A stretch of DNA of 64,000 nucleotides from a virus: the IMG/VR virus record IMGVR_UViG_3300003322_000128, positions 1-64,000 of that record, one strand, 5' to 3'. The notes below the pieces were generated by a model that was given only the letters and a program-made list of their open reading frames with translations, did not search any database and had not been told where the DNA came from. Below, piece by piece: positions 44,250-53,385 of the stretch. How positions within the stretch are numbered: the stretch's first letter is position 1; every line of letters starts with the position of its first letter. The position numbers were made by a program, and so were the translations under genes.

Positions 44250-44871
44250 CTATATATCTTGTATATGCTGGAGGAATGGCTTCGTTGATTTCTTTTGTAA
44301 TCATCCAGTCAATTCCCATAGCTGCCCTCTTTGCCGCGATAGGAGCATTTCCTCCGCCTGTTACCTGAACGAACATATCATCAGTCAATGGCCGTCCAAA
44401 ATGATGCTTTCGTTTATCGAATGTATATACGAGTGCTGTGTGCTTTGGATGGTCTGGTTGTTTCAGAGACCAATTAGTCTCAAATAGTCTATGCCTGTAG
44501 ACTCTAAGCCCCTTGAACATCCCGCCGCAAAGCATCACCGGCTGCTCCAATGGAGCAGTATCTACATTCTCAATAACGTAAGGCAATCCAGAGTCCTGTA
44601 GCATTTCCCTCACAGGTTTAATTAGGTCTGGATATTCCTTGCCTGTTCGTTTTTGCAAGTCGCTGTATTTTTGGCAGGGAGGCGATGCGTGTACAAGGTC
44701 GAATCGACCAGACATCATCATACGCCAACCTACAGAAAGAGCGTCACCCAATACGAAATTGAAAGGGTAACGCACTTGAAAACGATTGTCAACACCGACA
44801 ACCTCAAATCCAGCTTGGTGATAGCCCATTGCACTACCACCAGCTCCGCTAAACAAATCCAATACTCTCAC
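44218..44871 (-). CDS. DNA cytosine-5 methyltransferase
   Basis: LDLFSGAGG, HASPPCQ, VIENV, R.HRLFE, EAIPPAY. Confidence 0.88.
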   Translation of the reverse strand: MRVLDLFSGAGGSAMGYHQAGFEVVGVDNRFQVRYPFNFVLGDALSVGWRMMMSGRFDLVHASPPCQKYSDLQKRTGKEYPDLIKPVREMLQDSGLPYVIENVDTAPLEQPVMLCGGMFKGLRVYRHRLFETNWSLKQPDHPKHTALVYTFDKRKHHFGRPLTDDMFVQVTGGGNAPIAAKRAAMGIDWMITKEINEAIPPAYTRYIGEEFEKRRFD

Positions 44872-45110
44872 GAATCAATTTTATCAGATTCTGCGGGCTT
44901 TGTCTCTGTCCATTCGAAGAAATTCTTTACATAAATCACTAGATAAACTACACATACTATAATAAACGGATATTGCTTAGTAAAGTATGCGTAAAGAATC
45001 CATAGGATTTGGTAAAGCGCTCCGATGGCCCATCCCCATCTGTTCTTCTTGCCAGCGATGTAGACACCAATGATGCCTACAGCCGCCAAAATCCAGCTAA
45101 AAAGTTCCAT
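44868..45110 (-). CDS. PnuC-like membrane protein
   Basis: Three TM segments; G....G.K.RWGW.IG...QILW...A..T.QY. Confidence 0.6.
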   Translation of the reverse strand: MELFSWILAAVGIIGVYIAGKKNRWGWAIGALYQILWILYAYFTKQYPFIIVCVVYLVIYVKNFFEWTETKPAESDKIDS

Positions 45111-45304
45111 CAGCTAAGCTGCTTCACTACATGCTCAGCTACTGAAATAATTGTTCCTTGAGTGTCCTCACTCTGGTAAATCTTTACAAGAGCGTTACCC
45201 CTCATATAATTTGAGGCAGCAAGGAATTCCCTTATTTCAGAAAGAGTGACTTCTCCATTGCGACCAACGTTCATTTCTACTTTCGTCTTTACAATGCTTG
45301 ACAT
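45110..45304 (-). CDS. hypothetical protein
   Basis: Overlapping start and stop codons. Confidence 0.55.
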   Translation of the reverse strand: MSSIVKTKVEMNVGRNGEVTLSEIREFLAASNYMRGNALVKIYQSEDTQGTIISVAEHVVKQLS

Positions 45305-46071
45305 TACTTGTCCTTAATAGTTTCCATACATACAGGGAAGTGTTCGTGTGTCAACTCCCACACTCCCTTGGCGTAATCCTGAATTTCCTTCTGAGCATCA
45401 TGCTCAAGTCTCTGGTGAAGGAAATGAGTTAGAGCGCCAAGAGAGCAAGTCCAGCGCCAACGGACATAAAGTCCATAAGCGGGGAGAAATAGTCTTGCTT
45501 GCTCAGCACAAACACCATTAGCCATGGCGGAGTCATAAAGGTCAACGCTCTTACGGACAAGCTCTGTAAGCTCGTCTGACCAGAAGTTTCCGTACTCCTC
45601 AGCAAAATCGTCCCTAACATCAAGTGAATAGTCGTTGTATCGCCAAGCACCCCACTCAACATCATCAAGTGACTTGAGAGGTTCGCTTGAACCCTGCTTC
45701 TTGTTCTCTGGAGCAGAGCGCCACTCATTTGGTGCAGGAACATAAAATTCTGGGATTTCAGTTACATAACGACGACTCGACTCATTCCAACCATTCTGGT
45801 CCTCAAGATGAGTGGACGCTACTGCGTACTTCCACCACTGTCTTGCAACGAAGAGTGGTGCATAAACCTCAAAAGTGAGAGCGGAATGACGGAACACTGA
45901 GGAGTGCTCTTCACGTTGAAGAAAGGCGAGAAGTCGTGCCTCTCTATCTCCAAACTCTGCTGACTCCTTGGCAAAGGAAACTTTTGCTGAGTTCACTGGG
46001 TCCAAATCGTCACCCATGTGCTTAATGTATCTTACATAGCCCTTGTCAAGGACTTCAATCTTATCTATCAT
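45304..46071 (-). CDS. thyX: flavin-dependent thymidylate synthase
   Basis: HSSVFRH, PLFVARQW, NESSRRY, EQARLFLP, AQKEI. Confidence 0.92.
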   Translation of the reverse strand: MIDKIEVLDKGYVRYIKHMGDDLDPVNSAKVSFAKESAEFGDREARLLAFLQREEHSSVFRHSALTFEVYAPLFVARQWWKYAVASTHLEDQNGWNESSRRYVTEIPEFYVPAPNEWRSAPENKKQGSSEPLKSLDDVEWGAWRYNDYSLDVRDDFAEEYGNFWSDELTELVRKSVDLYDSAMANGVCAEQARLFLPAYGLYVRWRWTCSLGALTHFLHQRLEHDAQKEIQDYAKGVWELTHEHFPVCMETIKDK

Positions 46072-46282
46072 ATGTATTTCCCAAAACGTGTCTCATAAGT
46101 GCTTCGTGCTTGTTTGTCATTTCGTACTTTCGGCGGGCTTCGTCATAACCCGCCATAATTGCATTAGCGAACCAGCCATGCATCATGTCTTCATCAATTT
46201 GCAGATTGCCATCTTCAACAACCTTCATAAATTCTTCTGCCCAAGCAAGCGCGTCGGTGTTTGATGTATCGAAGTGAGTCAT
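46061..46282 (-). CDS. hypothetical protein
   Basis: DALAWAEEF...GWFANAIMAG. Confidence 0.65.
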   Translation of the reverse strand: MTHFDTSNTDALAWAEEFMKVVEDGNLQIDEDMMHGWFANAIMAGYDEARRKYEMTNKHEALMRHVLGNTYDR

Positions 46283-46460
46283 TGAATCTTATTCAAGTCA
46301 TTCTGAAGTTTCTTGATTTTATTCTCAGCGCGCTTGGCACCAACTTCATTGCCCTCACGCTTATGCTGCTCAAGAATAGCCTTCTGATGATTAATCAGAT
46401 TCGTCAGCCTCAGTGCCTCTAGCATCGAGCCCATTTACAACCTCCTCAAACTTCTTAGAG

Positions 46461-46718
46461 TCATTGACCTTTTCCTGAGTGACGTAGAAAGCTCCATCGT
46501 CGTCCTGTTCGAATGGAATTCCGTCTGCGCCAATAACGACGTTTCCCACTTTGTCTCCTTTTCATAACAATCCAGCCCTTTTCTTGACATTGCCAGCAGG
46601 GTTGGAATACGTAGTTATCCATGTCCAGAACAGACTTTCGAATCTGACAAACTGGACATGCGTAATCATGTTGTGCAAACAGGCCATCGGTTAGAATCTT
46701 TGGCTTATGCATCTTCAT
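46461..46718 (-). CDS. hypothetical zinc-binding protein
   Basis: CPVC...CWQC. Confidence 0.55.
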   Translation of the reverse strand: MKMHKPKILTDGLFAQHDYACPVCQIRKSVLDMDNYVFQPCWQCQEKGWIVMKRRQSGKRRYWRRRNSIRTGRRWSFLRHSGKGQ

Positions 46719-46937
46719 TGCTACTTCCTTTCTCGGAAGAGCCTTACAATTTCCTTATTGATTTTCTCAATTGCTTCGCGTGCCCTGCGCATACCAAGTT
46801 CATCGCCTGAATTTCTTGCGGCCTCATACTTGGTTGCCTGGACTACCTTATCTTGCTTGAGATTTTGAAGTGTTTTCTTTCTGGACATAAAAATGCCGCT
46901 GTGAATACAGCGGCGGGTCTCCTTTTCTATTCACAAG

Positions 46938-47010
46938 AGCCTAGTGTGAGAATCGAACTCACGACCTCTTCCGTACCAAGGAAGCGTTCTTCCACTGCAA
47001 CTAACTAGGC
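46938..47010 (-). tRNA. tRNA-Thr(GGU)
   Basis: GCCTAGT/ACTAGGC acceptor, TT-GGT-AC loop, GTTCGATT T arm. Confidence 0.88.
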
Positions 47011-47061
47011 AAGTATAAGCTTGCCGGTATCAAGAAAGGAGAATAAAAAGATACCGACCAG

Positions 47062-47133
47062 AGCCAAATAACGGATTCGAACCGTTTTCTCATCTTTACG
47101 AGAGATGCGTTTTTCCTATTAAACTAAGCTGGC
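47062..47133 (-). tRNA. tRNA-Thr(CGU)
   Basis: GCCAGCT/ATTTGGC acceptor, CT-CGT-AA loop, GTTCGAAT T arm. Confidence 0.85.
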
Positions 47134-47138
47134 AAGAG

Positions 47139-47210
47139 AGCCGCCTGGGGATTCCGAGACCCCGACCTGTGCTTTACAAGAGCACTGCTCTGCCTCTGAG
47201 CTAAGGCGGC
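47139..47210 (-). tRNA. tRNA-Thr(UGU), atypical T arm
   Basis: GCCGCCT/AGGCGGC acceptor, CT-TGT-AA loop; T arm GGGGT-CTCGGAA-TCCCC. Confidence 0.8.
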
Positions 47211-47329
47211 AACGCCAGTATATCACATAGCTTCCCCTCAGGGCAAGATTTCTGTCGCATTCAGTCCTCTTGGTAACATACTGGTAAGTTGGTTCCGTTA
47301 ACAACGACCAACGGTTTCCGAAATGTCTC

Positions 47330-47403
47330 GTGCGCCCCTAGAGACTTAAACTCCAGACTACCAGCGTATCAGGCATGGCGTGCAATCGTAACACTAGAGC
47401 GCA
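47330..47403 (-). tRNA. tRNA-Ile(GAU)-like, atypical
   Basis: TGCGCTC/GGGCGCA acceptor, bulged anticodon stem with CT-GAT-AC loop, TTTAAGT T loop. Confidence 0.55.
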
Positions 47404-47491
47404 TGCGGTCAGTTTCTATTTCAACTATTTCATCAATCTGACCAAGCTTGGGATGCTTTGTTCGAAGCCCCATCCCTAGGCCAGTTACTAC

Positions 47492-47520
47492 ATCTTAGCA
47501 TAACGGATTATGCGTGTCAA
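47492..47520 (-). promoter_or_regulatory. promoter for the minus-strand tRNA cluster
   Basis: TTGACA-17-TAAGAT on the - strand. Confidence 0.7.
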
Positions 47521-47523
47521 GAA

Positions 47524-48177
47524 TCAGTAGCCGCAACGTGGGGCTGTAACCCAGTTGCCTGCTCCCCTTCCATTATTCCACAACTTCCAGAATGCCGCAT
47601 CCTGTTGTGCAGGTGAGTAATTCATGGCCTTTCCTGAAAGTCCGGTCACTGTGTGCCAAGTGGCATCCATGAACTGATAAGCTCCTGATGCTCCAGAGCT
47701 AGGGTTTAGCGCTCTGTAGTTTCCACCTGACTCATACTTCCGGATACACGCGGCAATTCCTCCTGGGGCCGCGTAATTATTCTTTGGTTGAGTTGCCCTA
47801 TGCTTATATACTCGTGGCTTAGAATTTAGCTGACGCTGCTTCCTGGCCTTTTCAGCAGCAGCCGCTAGGGCTGCCTTTCGGGCTGCTTCTTCACGAGCCT
47901 TCTTTTCTTCGGCCCGCTTCTTTGCTTCTGCAATATCCCTTAGGCGCTTCTCTTCAATTGCCTTCTGGTTATTGCGTTTATCAATTGCCATTTGTTCAAC
48001 TTCTGAAACAAGTGGCTGCCGCGTTTCACTTCGTGATGTCCTATGGTCATCTTCTCTGCTATCCGACTGGCTGTCGGCTGCTACGACAGGTCTTTCTGTA
48101 TTACTCTCCACAACTACAAAAGATGTAGTTCCTCCGACTGCAAGGATTGTGGCTAGTGTTGCGATTGTTCTCTTCAT
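47524..48177 (-). CDS. secreted Rpf-like lytic transglycosylase
   Basis: Signal peptide, coiled coil; CIRKYESGGNY...GAYQF..TW...QQD. Confidence 0.85.
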   Translation of the reverse strand: MKRTIATLATILAVGGTTSFVVVESNTERPVVAADSQSDSREDDHRTSRSETRQPLVSEVEQMAIDKRNNQKAIEEKRLRDIAEAKKRAEEKKAREEAARKAALAAAAEKARKQRQLNSKPRVYKHRATQPKNNYAAPGGIAACIRKYESGGNYRALNPSSGASGAYQFMDATWHTVTGLSGKAMNYSPAQQDAAFWKLWNNGRGAGNWVTAPRCGY

Positions 48178-48341
48178 GAGACCTCCTTTGTCAGCAACGA
48201 TTCATCTAATGTATCAGAACTGTAACAGCAATGCAAGTACGATATTGGAAAAATTGCCGGGGTTTACTACTTGACAGACAAAGGAAGGTGTTGGTAGAGT
48301 ATTAATTATACTAGAAACAAAGGAAAGAAGAGTATCTACAA

Positions 48342-49346
48342 TTGAAAATAAGTTTTTATACAGTTAGAGGAGATATTAGAGAAGATAATGGATTCGGTTA
48401 CGCTGGTAATAGCATTCGTAACAGCCTTCAGAATCTTGGTCATGATGTCTCCCTTTTTGATGACCAAGCAGACGTTCAACTGAGCTTTTGTCATCCAACA
48501 TATTACGAGCCCAACCATCAGTATCAGATTGGTTACTCTCCATGGGAGTCCTCAGCCTTGCCAGAAGGATGGCTTGAAGGATTTAATTCTATGGATGAGG
48601 TATGGACTACATCTCGTAAGTGTCAAGAATGGTTTCATGATGCTGGCGTAGAGAAGCCTATTTATGTTTATGAACATGGTGTAGACTCTATTTGGACTCC
48701 TAAGCATCGAAAGCCTCAGCAGAAGATTAGATTTCTTCATATTGGCGAACCCGCCCCAAGAAAGGGTGGACAGCTTGCTTTTGAGGCATTTATTGAAGCC
48801 TTTGGAGCAAGACAGGATGTTCATTTGACTATCAAGGCTAATGGTCATAATACAACCAGAGCATACGTTCCCGGCCAAATTCGGCGGGGTGGTCCAAGGA
48901 ACATTCTTGGATTGCCACATCAAGTTTATAGAAATGTTACATTGATTGAAGACTCCCTGTCTCTTGAAGAACTTGTTGCACTGTACCATAGCCATGATGT
49001 GTTGGTCTACCCATCCTGGGGAGAAGGTTTCGGACTCATTCCATTGCAAGCTTTGGCTACAGGAATGCCAACGATTTGTACAGCCGAATGGGCTTCTTAC
49101 GATAGATTTCTTGGTAATCTCGCCCTTGATTCGCATGAAGTCTCATCGCCATGGCCAGATATTCATCCTGGCATGATGTCAGAACCAGATAGACATCATC
49201 TAGTTGAGCTATACAGATATTCATATGAAAACTTTGACGCCTTGTCAAGGACTCATTTTGATAACGCTGAGGATGTTCATAGCCAATATAATTGGAATGA
49301 ACTTACTAAAAATGCATTTACATATTTGGAGAATAAGATTAAGTGA
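48342..49346 (+). CDS. glycosyltransferase (GT-B, GT4-like)
   Basis: PWES, RKGG, YPSWGEGFGLIPLQALATGMP. Confidence 0.9.
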   Translation: MKISFYTVRGDIREDNGFGYAGNSIRNSLQNLGHDVSLFDDQADVQLSFCHPTYYEPNHQYQIGYSPWESSALPEGWLEGFNSMDEVWTTSRKCQEWFHDAGVEKPIYVYEHGVDSIWTPKHRKPQQKIRFLHIGEPAPRKGGQLAFEAFIEAFGARQDVHLTIKANGHNTTRAYVPGQIRRGGPRNILGLPHQVYRNVTLIEDSLSLEELVALYHSHDVLVYPSWGEGFGLIPLQALATGMPTICTAEWASYDRFLGNLALDSHEVSSPWPDIHPGMMSEPDRHHLVELYRYSYENFDALSRTHFDNAEDVHSQYNWNELTKNAFTYLENKIK

Positions 49347-50338
49347 AAATTTCATTTCACACTGTAAAAGACAATCTGGATACAACACGTGGATACGGTA
49401 ATGCTGGAATGCATGTTGTCAAGTCATTGCAATCTCTAGGTCATGAAGTTCCTTTTGACGACCCTACAGCTCCTGTTCAGATTTCCTTCTGCCCGCCGCA
49501 TTGGTACAACTTCCATGAGGGGCAGTACAAGATTGGATATACTCCTTGGGAATCTACTGAATTGCCTAGTGGTTGGGCTGAAATCATGAATGAATGTGAT
49601 GAGGTATGGGCTACATCACAGTGGGTTGCCGATGTTTATAAAAATGCTGGAGTGACAAAGCCAATCTACGTTTATCACCATGGCCTTGACCACAAGTGGA
49701 AGCCAAAGAAGCGTGAGAGAGGAGACGTAGTCAAGTTTCTTCATATGGGTGAGCCTGCTTTGCGCAAGGGTGGTCAGATGACTGTTGATGCATTTCGGGC
49801 GGTCTTTGGAGATAGAACAGATGTTCATCTGACAATCAAGGCTTATCATCAGCATTTTTTGCGGGTCTGGCATAACGGTAAGGTAATTGAACCGGATGAT
49901 GCATACAATAATGTAACAGTAATCAAGGATTCTATTCCTGAGAATGAATTGTTGCAACTGTATTACGACCACGACGTTCTTGTTTATCCTTCATATGGTG
50001 AAGGCTTTGGTCTTATTCCATTGCAAGCACTTGGAACTGGAATGCCCGTGATTTGTACAGATGAATGGGCACCATACAGAAATTACACACAAATGCTATC
50101 AATTGGCGGCCGGTGGGATAGAAGTATTTGGGCTCTTCACCCTGGTGATGTTTTCTATCCTGACTACGAATGGTTGAAGTCTAAGATGGAACGTCTTGTT
50201 GACGACGAACCAAACCTACTGGATAAGATGTTCAAGTACTATTTTGACCAGGCTGACCACATCCATAAGCAATTTGATTGGGATTTCCAAACTGAATATG
50301 CCTTCCGTCATATTGTTGAGAAGTTTACAGAAACGTGA
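49343..50338 (+). CDS. glycosyltransferase (GT-B), paralog of the previous gene
   Basis: PWES, RKGG, YPSYGEGFGLIPLQALGTGMP. Confidence 0.9.
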   Translation: MKISFHTVKDNLDTTRGYGNAGMHVVKSLQSLGHEVPFDDPTAPVQISFCPPHWYNFHEGQYKIGYTPWESTELPSGWAEIMNECDEVWATSQWVADVYKNAGVTKPIYVYHHGLDHKWKPKKRERGDVVKFLHMGEPALRKGGQMTVDAFRAVFGDRTDVHLTIKAYHQHFLRVWHNGKVIEPDDAYNNVTVIKDSIPENELLQLYYDHDVLVYPSYGEGFGLIPLQALGTGMPVICTDEWAPYRNYTQMLSIGGRWDRSIWALHPGDVFYPDYEWLKSKMERLVDDEPNLLDKMFKYYFDQADHIHKQFDWDFQTEYAFRHIVEKFTET

Positions 50339-50448
50339 CCTAAAAACTCCTGAAACACCCCTGTCTTCTAAAGATGGGGGTGTTATCATAGAAGAACCAC
50401 AACATATTGTATATAGGCCCGGAAGGGTCAGAAGGAGTTTTGTTTTTT

Positions 50449-52395
50449 ATGGATTTCATCGACGCTTCGGGCCGGATTACCGACCCTTATCGTAACTTTA
50501 TTCACTTGTCTCGCTACTCAAGATGGCTAGAAGACAAGGAACGCAGAGAGACTTGGGTTGAGACAGTTGACCGTTATGTCAGTTTTATGCTTGACCATCT
50601 GAACAAGAACAATGGATATACACCACCTGAGCATGATGTTCAGCTTGTTCGCACTTTTATTCTTGAGCACATGGCACTTCCATCAATGCGTGCTCTTATG
50701 ACAGCAGGACCCGCCCTTGAGCGCAATAACATTGCAGGATATAACTGCTCCTATGTAGTTTTGGATAATCCAACAGCATTCGATGAGATTCTTTACATTC
50801 TTATGAATGGAACAGGTGTTGGGTTCTCTTGCGAAGAGCGATATGTCTCTCAGCTTCCTGTTATTCCTCAACTTCATGATTCAGAAAATACGATTGTAGT
50901 TGAGGATTCCAAGGAAGGATGGGCAAATGCTTACAAGGAGCTTGTTGCAGGTCTTTACAACGGAGTCATTCAGGGTTGGGATGTTAGCAAGGTTCGACCA
51001 GCAGGCGCAAGACTTATGACTTTTGGTGGTCGCGCTTCCGGTCCAGCACCACTTGTTGAGCTATTTGAGTTCACTATTGACACGTTTCTTCGTGCTCAGG
51101 GTCGTAAGCTGACTGACCTTGAAGCGCATGACATCGTGTGTGAAATTGCAAGCGTTGTAGTTGTTGGTGGCGTTCGGCGCTCCGCTCTTATTTCTCTGGG
51201 AGACCTAGATTCCTCTGGGCACCGTACAGCAAAGTCAGGTGCATGGTGGGAGAAGGACGGACAGCGCGCTCTTGCTAATAACTCAGCAGTATTCGATGAG
51301 AAGCCTTCCCGTGAGCGTTTTGATGAAGAATGGCAGTCATTGATTGATTCTGGTTCTGGTGAGCGTGGTATTTTCAGCCGGGTTGCTTCTCAGAAGCAGG
51401 CATCAAAGTTTGGTCGTAGGAGTCCAGATATTGAATATGGAACGAATCCATGCTCGGAAATTATTCTTCGTCCTAATCAGTTCTGTAACCTGACAACAGT
51501 TGTTGTTTCTGGCGACGACGATTATCTGATTTTGTCAAAGAAGGTTGAAGCCGCAACCATTCTTGGAACATGGCAATCAACTTTGACAAACTTTAAGTAT
51601 CTTCGTCCAATCTGGAAGCAGAACACTGAAGAGGAAAGACTTCTTGGAGTTTCAATGACAGGCCCGTTCGGTAACAAGTTGCTGAATGGCTCTCTTGGAA
51701 TGAGGAAGACAGAAGAGGTTCTTTATGCTCTCCGCGCACATGCTGTAAAGGTTAACAAGATTGTTGCTGAGCAGATTGGAATTCCTCAGGCGTCGGCGGT
51801 TACGTGTGTAAAGCCAGAGGGAACATCTTCACAATTGACCCTTACTTCATCTGGATTGCATGCTTGGCATAAGGAGAAGTACATTCGTACAGTAAGAATG
51901 GACCGAAAGGACCCACTTGCCCAGTATATGATGGACGCGGGCTTCCCATGGGAGCCTGATGTTATGAATCCAGAGAATACCGCAGTGTTCTCATTCCCTA
52001 TTGCAGCTCCAGAGGGCGCATTGACAAGGAATGACCTTACTGCGATTGAGCACCTTGAGCTTTGGATGACATATCAGAGAATGTGGTGTGAGCACAAGCC
52101 TTCGGTTACTATTTATGTGAAGCCTGAAGAGTGGGAGGAGGTTGGAAATTGGGTTTATGACAATTTTGATGAAGTTTCTGGAATCTCATTCCTTCCTCAT
52201 TCAGAGCACACATACCAGCAGGCTCCATATCAGGATATTACTGATGCCGAATATGATGAGTGGATTGCTAGAATGCCTAAGGATGTTGATTGGGATATGC
52301 TTTCTTCTTATGAGTTGGAAGACACAACTACTGGAACGCAGGAGCTTGCTTGCGTTGCGGGTTCTTGTGAAGTCGTAGATACTGTTACTAGTTAA
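50449..52395 (+). CDS. nrdJ: class II (B12-dependent) ribonucleotide reductase
   Basis: PSMR, YNCSY, GTGVG, GGVRRSA, TNPCSEI, FCNL, VKPEGT, EHKPS, C-terminal CVAGSC. Confidence 0.9.
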   Translation: MDFIDASGRITDPYRNFIHLSRYSRWLEDKERRETWVETVDRYVSFMLDHLNKNNGYTPPEHDVQLVRTFILEHMALPSMRALMTAGPALERNNIAGYNCSYVVLDNPTAFDEILYILMNGTGVGFSCEERYVSQLPVIPQLHDSENTIVVEDSKEGWANAYKELVAGLYNGVIQGWDVSKVRPAGARLMTFGGRASGPAPLVELFEFTIDTFLRAQGRKLTDLEAHDIVCEIASVVVVGGVRRSALISLGDLDSSGHRTAKSGAWWEKDGQRALANNSAVFDEKPSRERFDEEWQSLIDSGSGERGIFSRVASQKQASKFGRRSPDIEYGTNPCSEIILRPNQFCNLTTVVVSGDDDYLILSKKVEAATILGTWQSTLTNFKYLRPIWKQNTEEERLLGVSMTGPFGNKLLNGSLGMRKTEEVLYALRAHAVKVNKIVAEQIGIPQASAVTCVKPEGTSSQLTLTSSGLHAWHKEKYIRTVRMDRKDPLAQYMMDAGFPWEPDVMNPENTAVFSFPIAAPEGALTRNDLTAIEHLELWMTYQRMWCEHKPSVTIYVKPEEWEEVGNWVYDNFDEVSGISFLPHSEHTYQQAPYQDITDAEYDEWIARMPKDVDWDMLSSYELEDTTTGTQELACVAGSCEVVDTVTS

Positions 52396-52407
52396 GAATA
52401 CTCTTAG

Positions 52408-52435
52408 AACCCCGCCTTTTTGGCGGGGTTTCTTT
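52408..52435 (+). terminator. intrinsic terminator
   Basis: AACCCCGCC/GGCGGGGTT stem followed by TCTTT. Confidence 0.75.
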
Positions 52436-52488
52436 GTATTCACACATCTTTCAATGTATAATATGTAAAGGAGGTGAAGAAATAAGAT

Positions 52489-53373
52489 ATGGCAACACCA
52501 ATGACATCCTCACAGATTGTAGCTCAGCTAAAGAAGTGGGGAATTAAGTACAAGGAAGTAAAGTCATGGGAGACCCACAACCGTAATTCCAAGGGAGCTT
52601 GGGGCGGTATGAATGGTTTCATTTGGCACCACACCGGAGCTGATGTTTCGGCGGCTAATGCAGCATCATATGCTGGTTCTACTCTTTATAATGGGCTAAG
52701 TACATTGCCAGGACCGCTTTGCCACTTTGGTCTAGCGCCTGATGGAACAGTTTATCTAGTAGGTTGGGGTAGAGCAAACCATGCTGGTGGTGGAGACCCA
52801 GTAGTTTTGAATCATGTCATTAATGAAGATTATTCCGGTCAGCTAAAGCCAACTAAGGGTAATGCTGATGGTACAGATGGTAATGCTCACTTTTATGGTG
52901 TAGAAATTATGTATTCAGGAAGCCATAAGATGACTGATGCTCAGTATCAGGCAGCTCTAAAGCTTTCTGCTGCTATTCTCGATTTCCACAAGTGGACAGA
53001 GAAGTCTGTAATTGGTCATGGAGAGTGGTCTAACGATAAGTGGGACCCAGGTTATGCTTCTGGAAAGATTATGGATATGTCTGCTGTACGTAAGGATGTT
53101 CTAGCGACATTGAAGGCTGGACCTAATACAACACCAGCAAAGCCAAGTACCCCTTCAACGGGAGGTGGAACTGTGACAACACCAGCAAAGGATGCAACGT
53201 ATAAGTCAGTATGGGACCTTGATGTGGCTACTCCACCAAAGGGGCACGAGACTACTGAGAATCCAAAGTGGGCGCCAATGAGTCTTCTTAAGGGAATTTA
53301 TGAAAATCTGGATGTTCTTTCAAAGAAGGTCGATGAACTTTCTAAGAAGATTGACGCTCTAGAATCAAAGTGA
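52489..53373 (+). CDS. endolysin, N-acetylmuramoyl-L-alanine amidase (Amidase_2)
   Basis: WHHTG, LPGPLCH, GRANHAG, GVEI, GHGEW..K.DPG. Confidence 0.9.
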   Translation: MATPMTSSQIVAQLKKWGIKYKEVKSWETHNRNSKGAWGGMNGFIWHHTGADVSAANAASYAGSTLYNGLSTLPGPLCHFGLAPDGTVYLVGWGRANHAGGGDPVVLNHVINEDYSGQLKPTKGNADGTDGNAHFYGVEIMYSGSHKMTDAQYQAALKLSAAILDFHKWTEKSVIGHGEWSNDKWDPGYASGKIMDMSAVRKDVLATLKAGPNTTPAKPSTPSTGGGTVTTPAKDATYKSVWDLDVATPPKGHETTENPKWAPMSLLKGIYENLDVLSKKVDELSKKIDALESK

Positions 53374-53385
53374 TATAATCTAAGT

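Noticed and set aside
50449-52395. Intein or intron in the ribonucleotide reductase
   Set aside because: The ORF is continuous, of ordinary length, and shows no splicing motifs
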